Assembly (NCBI GenBank): GCA_950097015.1
Contig: CATNEN010000008.1
Coordinates: 1,488,001-1,552,000 of the forward strand
From: Macrostomum hystrix
Taxonomy: Eukaryota; Animalia; Platyhelminthes
DNA: 64,000 nucleotides
Reading direction: 5' to 3'
The position numbers and the translations under genes are program-made. The notes beneath the pieces are model-generated. The model did no database searches and was not told where the DNA came from. It saw only the letters and a list, made by a program, of their open reading frames with translations. The stretch's first letter is position 1; each line of letters begins with the position of its first letter. This document shows, piece after piece, positions 62,163 to 64,000 of this stretch.

Positions 62163-63900
62163 ATGACACTAGAAGGCTCCGCTTCGCTTACGTCATCGTC
62201 GATGAAAACGGCAGAAACTCCGGCTCCCTCGTTAGTAGCGGACTTGGCTCCGGCGGCAGCCGCCATGGACTCGCAGACAACCATTCGGCTGTTGCCGTTT
62301 GGCTTCGAGGAGCGAGTCAACTTCGACGCCCGCCAGGAGCTTCAGAAGACGCGTAGTCGACACTTCAAAGTGCCGCCGGCGATTCCCGACGACGACATCT
62401 GGCGCAGGCCGCCGCCAGACTTTCGTCCGCAGGCCTGGGAGCCGCGACCGCCGAAGCGGAACAGCCGGGACGCCATGCAGCCTTGGCGCTTCCGACTGCC
62501 CAGCGATGAGCGCTACACCGCGGCGGCTGCGGTTGCGCCAGCCGATCGTCTGCCGATGCTCGGACAAGCACATCAGCTGAAGAGGCAGCAGCAGCAGCGA
62601 ATGCAGACTCTGTTCAGATTGATGCGGCCCAACACGGCCCGGCAACGCTTTGTACAGGAGGGCACCCTGCCCAGGGATCCGTACAGAACGGCCGGCCCGC
62701 ACGACTTCAGGCAGGTTAGTCACCCCTGACAGAAATCAACTTTGTTGATTGTTGTTGTTGTTGACATCACTCCCTTAAGTAGTAACACTGCAACTGTCTC
62801 ACACGAGCTAGATCGAAATCGAGGACTTTGTTTAAAAGAACCTAATCATTAGACACATCCTCAATGCGTTTTAAGCCCAGCAACAATAAGGGTTGAATGT
62901 AGGCACACTATCATATGTGTACACGTGACCTCTGCCCGGACTTTCTCATCGTCCGGCACTATGCACTGTGCATCTCACTGTACCTCTTGTGGTTGACCCT
63001 TAAGGGCGTAAATTGCACAACAAGCCCCTCAAGCCTTCTCTCTAGGGCTGCGCCCCAACTAAATGTGGCCTCGCCGCGGATCGGAGCCGATAGACATTTT
63101 GCATGAGTGGGACGCGCTACCGTTCTACCCACTGACCCCAACGCATCACCGATTGCAGTATCCGCCGATTCAGTCGCTCGGACTCCCAGAGTTCACCACG
63201 GCAATTGAAAAGGATCCGTACAATATCCGCTTCCTGTCTAAAAATAAGGATACAAGTGAGCATTGCAATAGTCTGTTGCGTAATTGTGATCCGAGTTTTT
63301 GTGATTACTAGTCGCTCAACAGGTGTGGTAGAGCTGTACTGGTCGGAAGAACTAAAGAAATCACTAGTAAATCTAACGTCATCAGGCTAATTAAACAGTG
63401 TAAGTGGTTTGGACCACAAAATTGGTGACTCGCAACTGAGTCGGCAGTTCTGCCCATTTCACTGACTCCTGAGCACACTATGCACACAGATACCGAATGT
63501 AGGCGTTCCCAAACACATTTCTGTAACGTCTGCCCTGATGTTCTCATTGTCAGGTAGTGCACGCATTTAGGGAGCCTTCGGGGTAGGCCTTCAGTGGGGT
63601 AAATTGCTCATATGATTGTGGCCTCAACGCGGAATCGAACTCAGGGACCTGGGTGTGGGAACGCGTCAGTAGCTCACAATATAGCTAATTATGTCACTTA
63701 AGACTGATCTTAATTCACAACTAGAAAAAACTGACATAAACTTTAACTGCTCTCGATCAGTTGTTGGACCTCTTCACGAGATCAGAAACATGAGAGATGC
63801 GTCTGGCACAATGTGGTCTGCCGTTCGCCAGCCGCCTAAGTGGGATCCGAGACTCCACCTGCAGAAAAATCGATTCCCAAACACCTCGTGCGAGTACACT
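62163..63900 (+). CDS. C7orf78: C7orf78-like uncharacterised protein, 5' part; continues beyond the window
   Basis: Exons 62163-62714, 63159-63255, 63761-63900 (donor gtgagt at 63901), phases consistent. Spliced reading IWRRPPPDFRPQ..NSRDAMQPW..GPHDFRQYPPIQSLGLPEFTTAIEKDPYNI..PKWDPRLHL. Family name is from recall only. Confidence 0.6.
62895..63140 (-). mobile_element. tRNA-derived SINE, copy 2
   Basis: Reverse complement reads CCGATCCGCGGCGAGGCCACATTTAGTTGGGGCGCAGCCCTAGAGAGAAGGCTTGAGGGGCTTGTTGTGCAATTTAC, closely matching 19600-19678. Confidence 0.7.
63425..63695 (-). mobile_element. tRNA-derived SINE, copy 3
   Basis: Reverse complement has the B box AGGTCCCTGAGTTCGATTCCGCG and the tail TGTGCTCAGGAGTCAGTGAAATGGG matching 19728-19752. 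Confidence 0.7.
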
Positions 63901-64000
63901 GTGAGTGACGAATTTCTTTTTGTGAACAATCTTTCTAAAAAATAAGTAAGAAAATGTTAACCCGAACGGACCAATTCCTACAGCGCTATCGACCTCAAAA

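Overview
Animal genomic DNA with GC-rich exons, AT-rich introns and about 30 distinct minisatellite arrays (~24 kb, ~38% by my hand tally). This style suggests a free-living flatworm such as Macrostomum (inference only). I assembled spliced models by hand from GT-AG signals and checked frame at every junction. Genes: ACBD5-like tail-anchored acyl-CoA-binding protein (+, start not found); alpha9/alpha10-clade nicotinic receptor subunit (+, 9599-19448); tetraspanin (-); Nedx/lms homeobox gene (-); GRASP/tamalin-like PDZ protein (-); 7-repeat delta-type protocadherin (+, 44029-59883); 5' part of a C7orf78-like gene (+). Strongest leads: (1) an intronless 248-aa secreted precursor of unrecognised family nested in nAChR intron 6, with a Cys-closed cationic loop, a furin site and an acidic tail; (2) two mutually exclusive N-terminal exons in the nAChR, whose loop C also lacks the vicinal cysteines; (3) a three-copy tRNA-derived SINE with a target-site duplication; (4) a ~145-unit E-box minisatellite upstream of the homeobox gene. 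Most long ORFs in the supplied track are translations of minisatellites.
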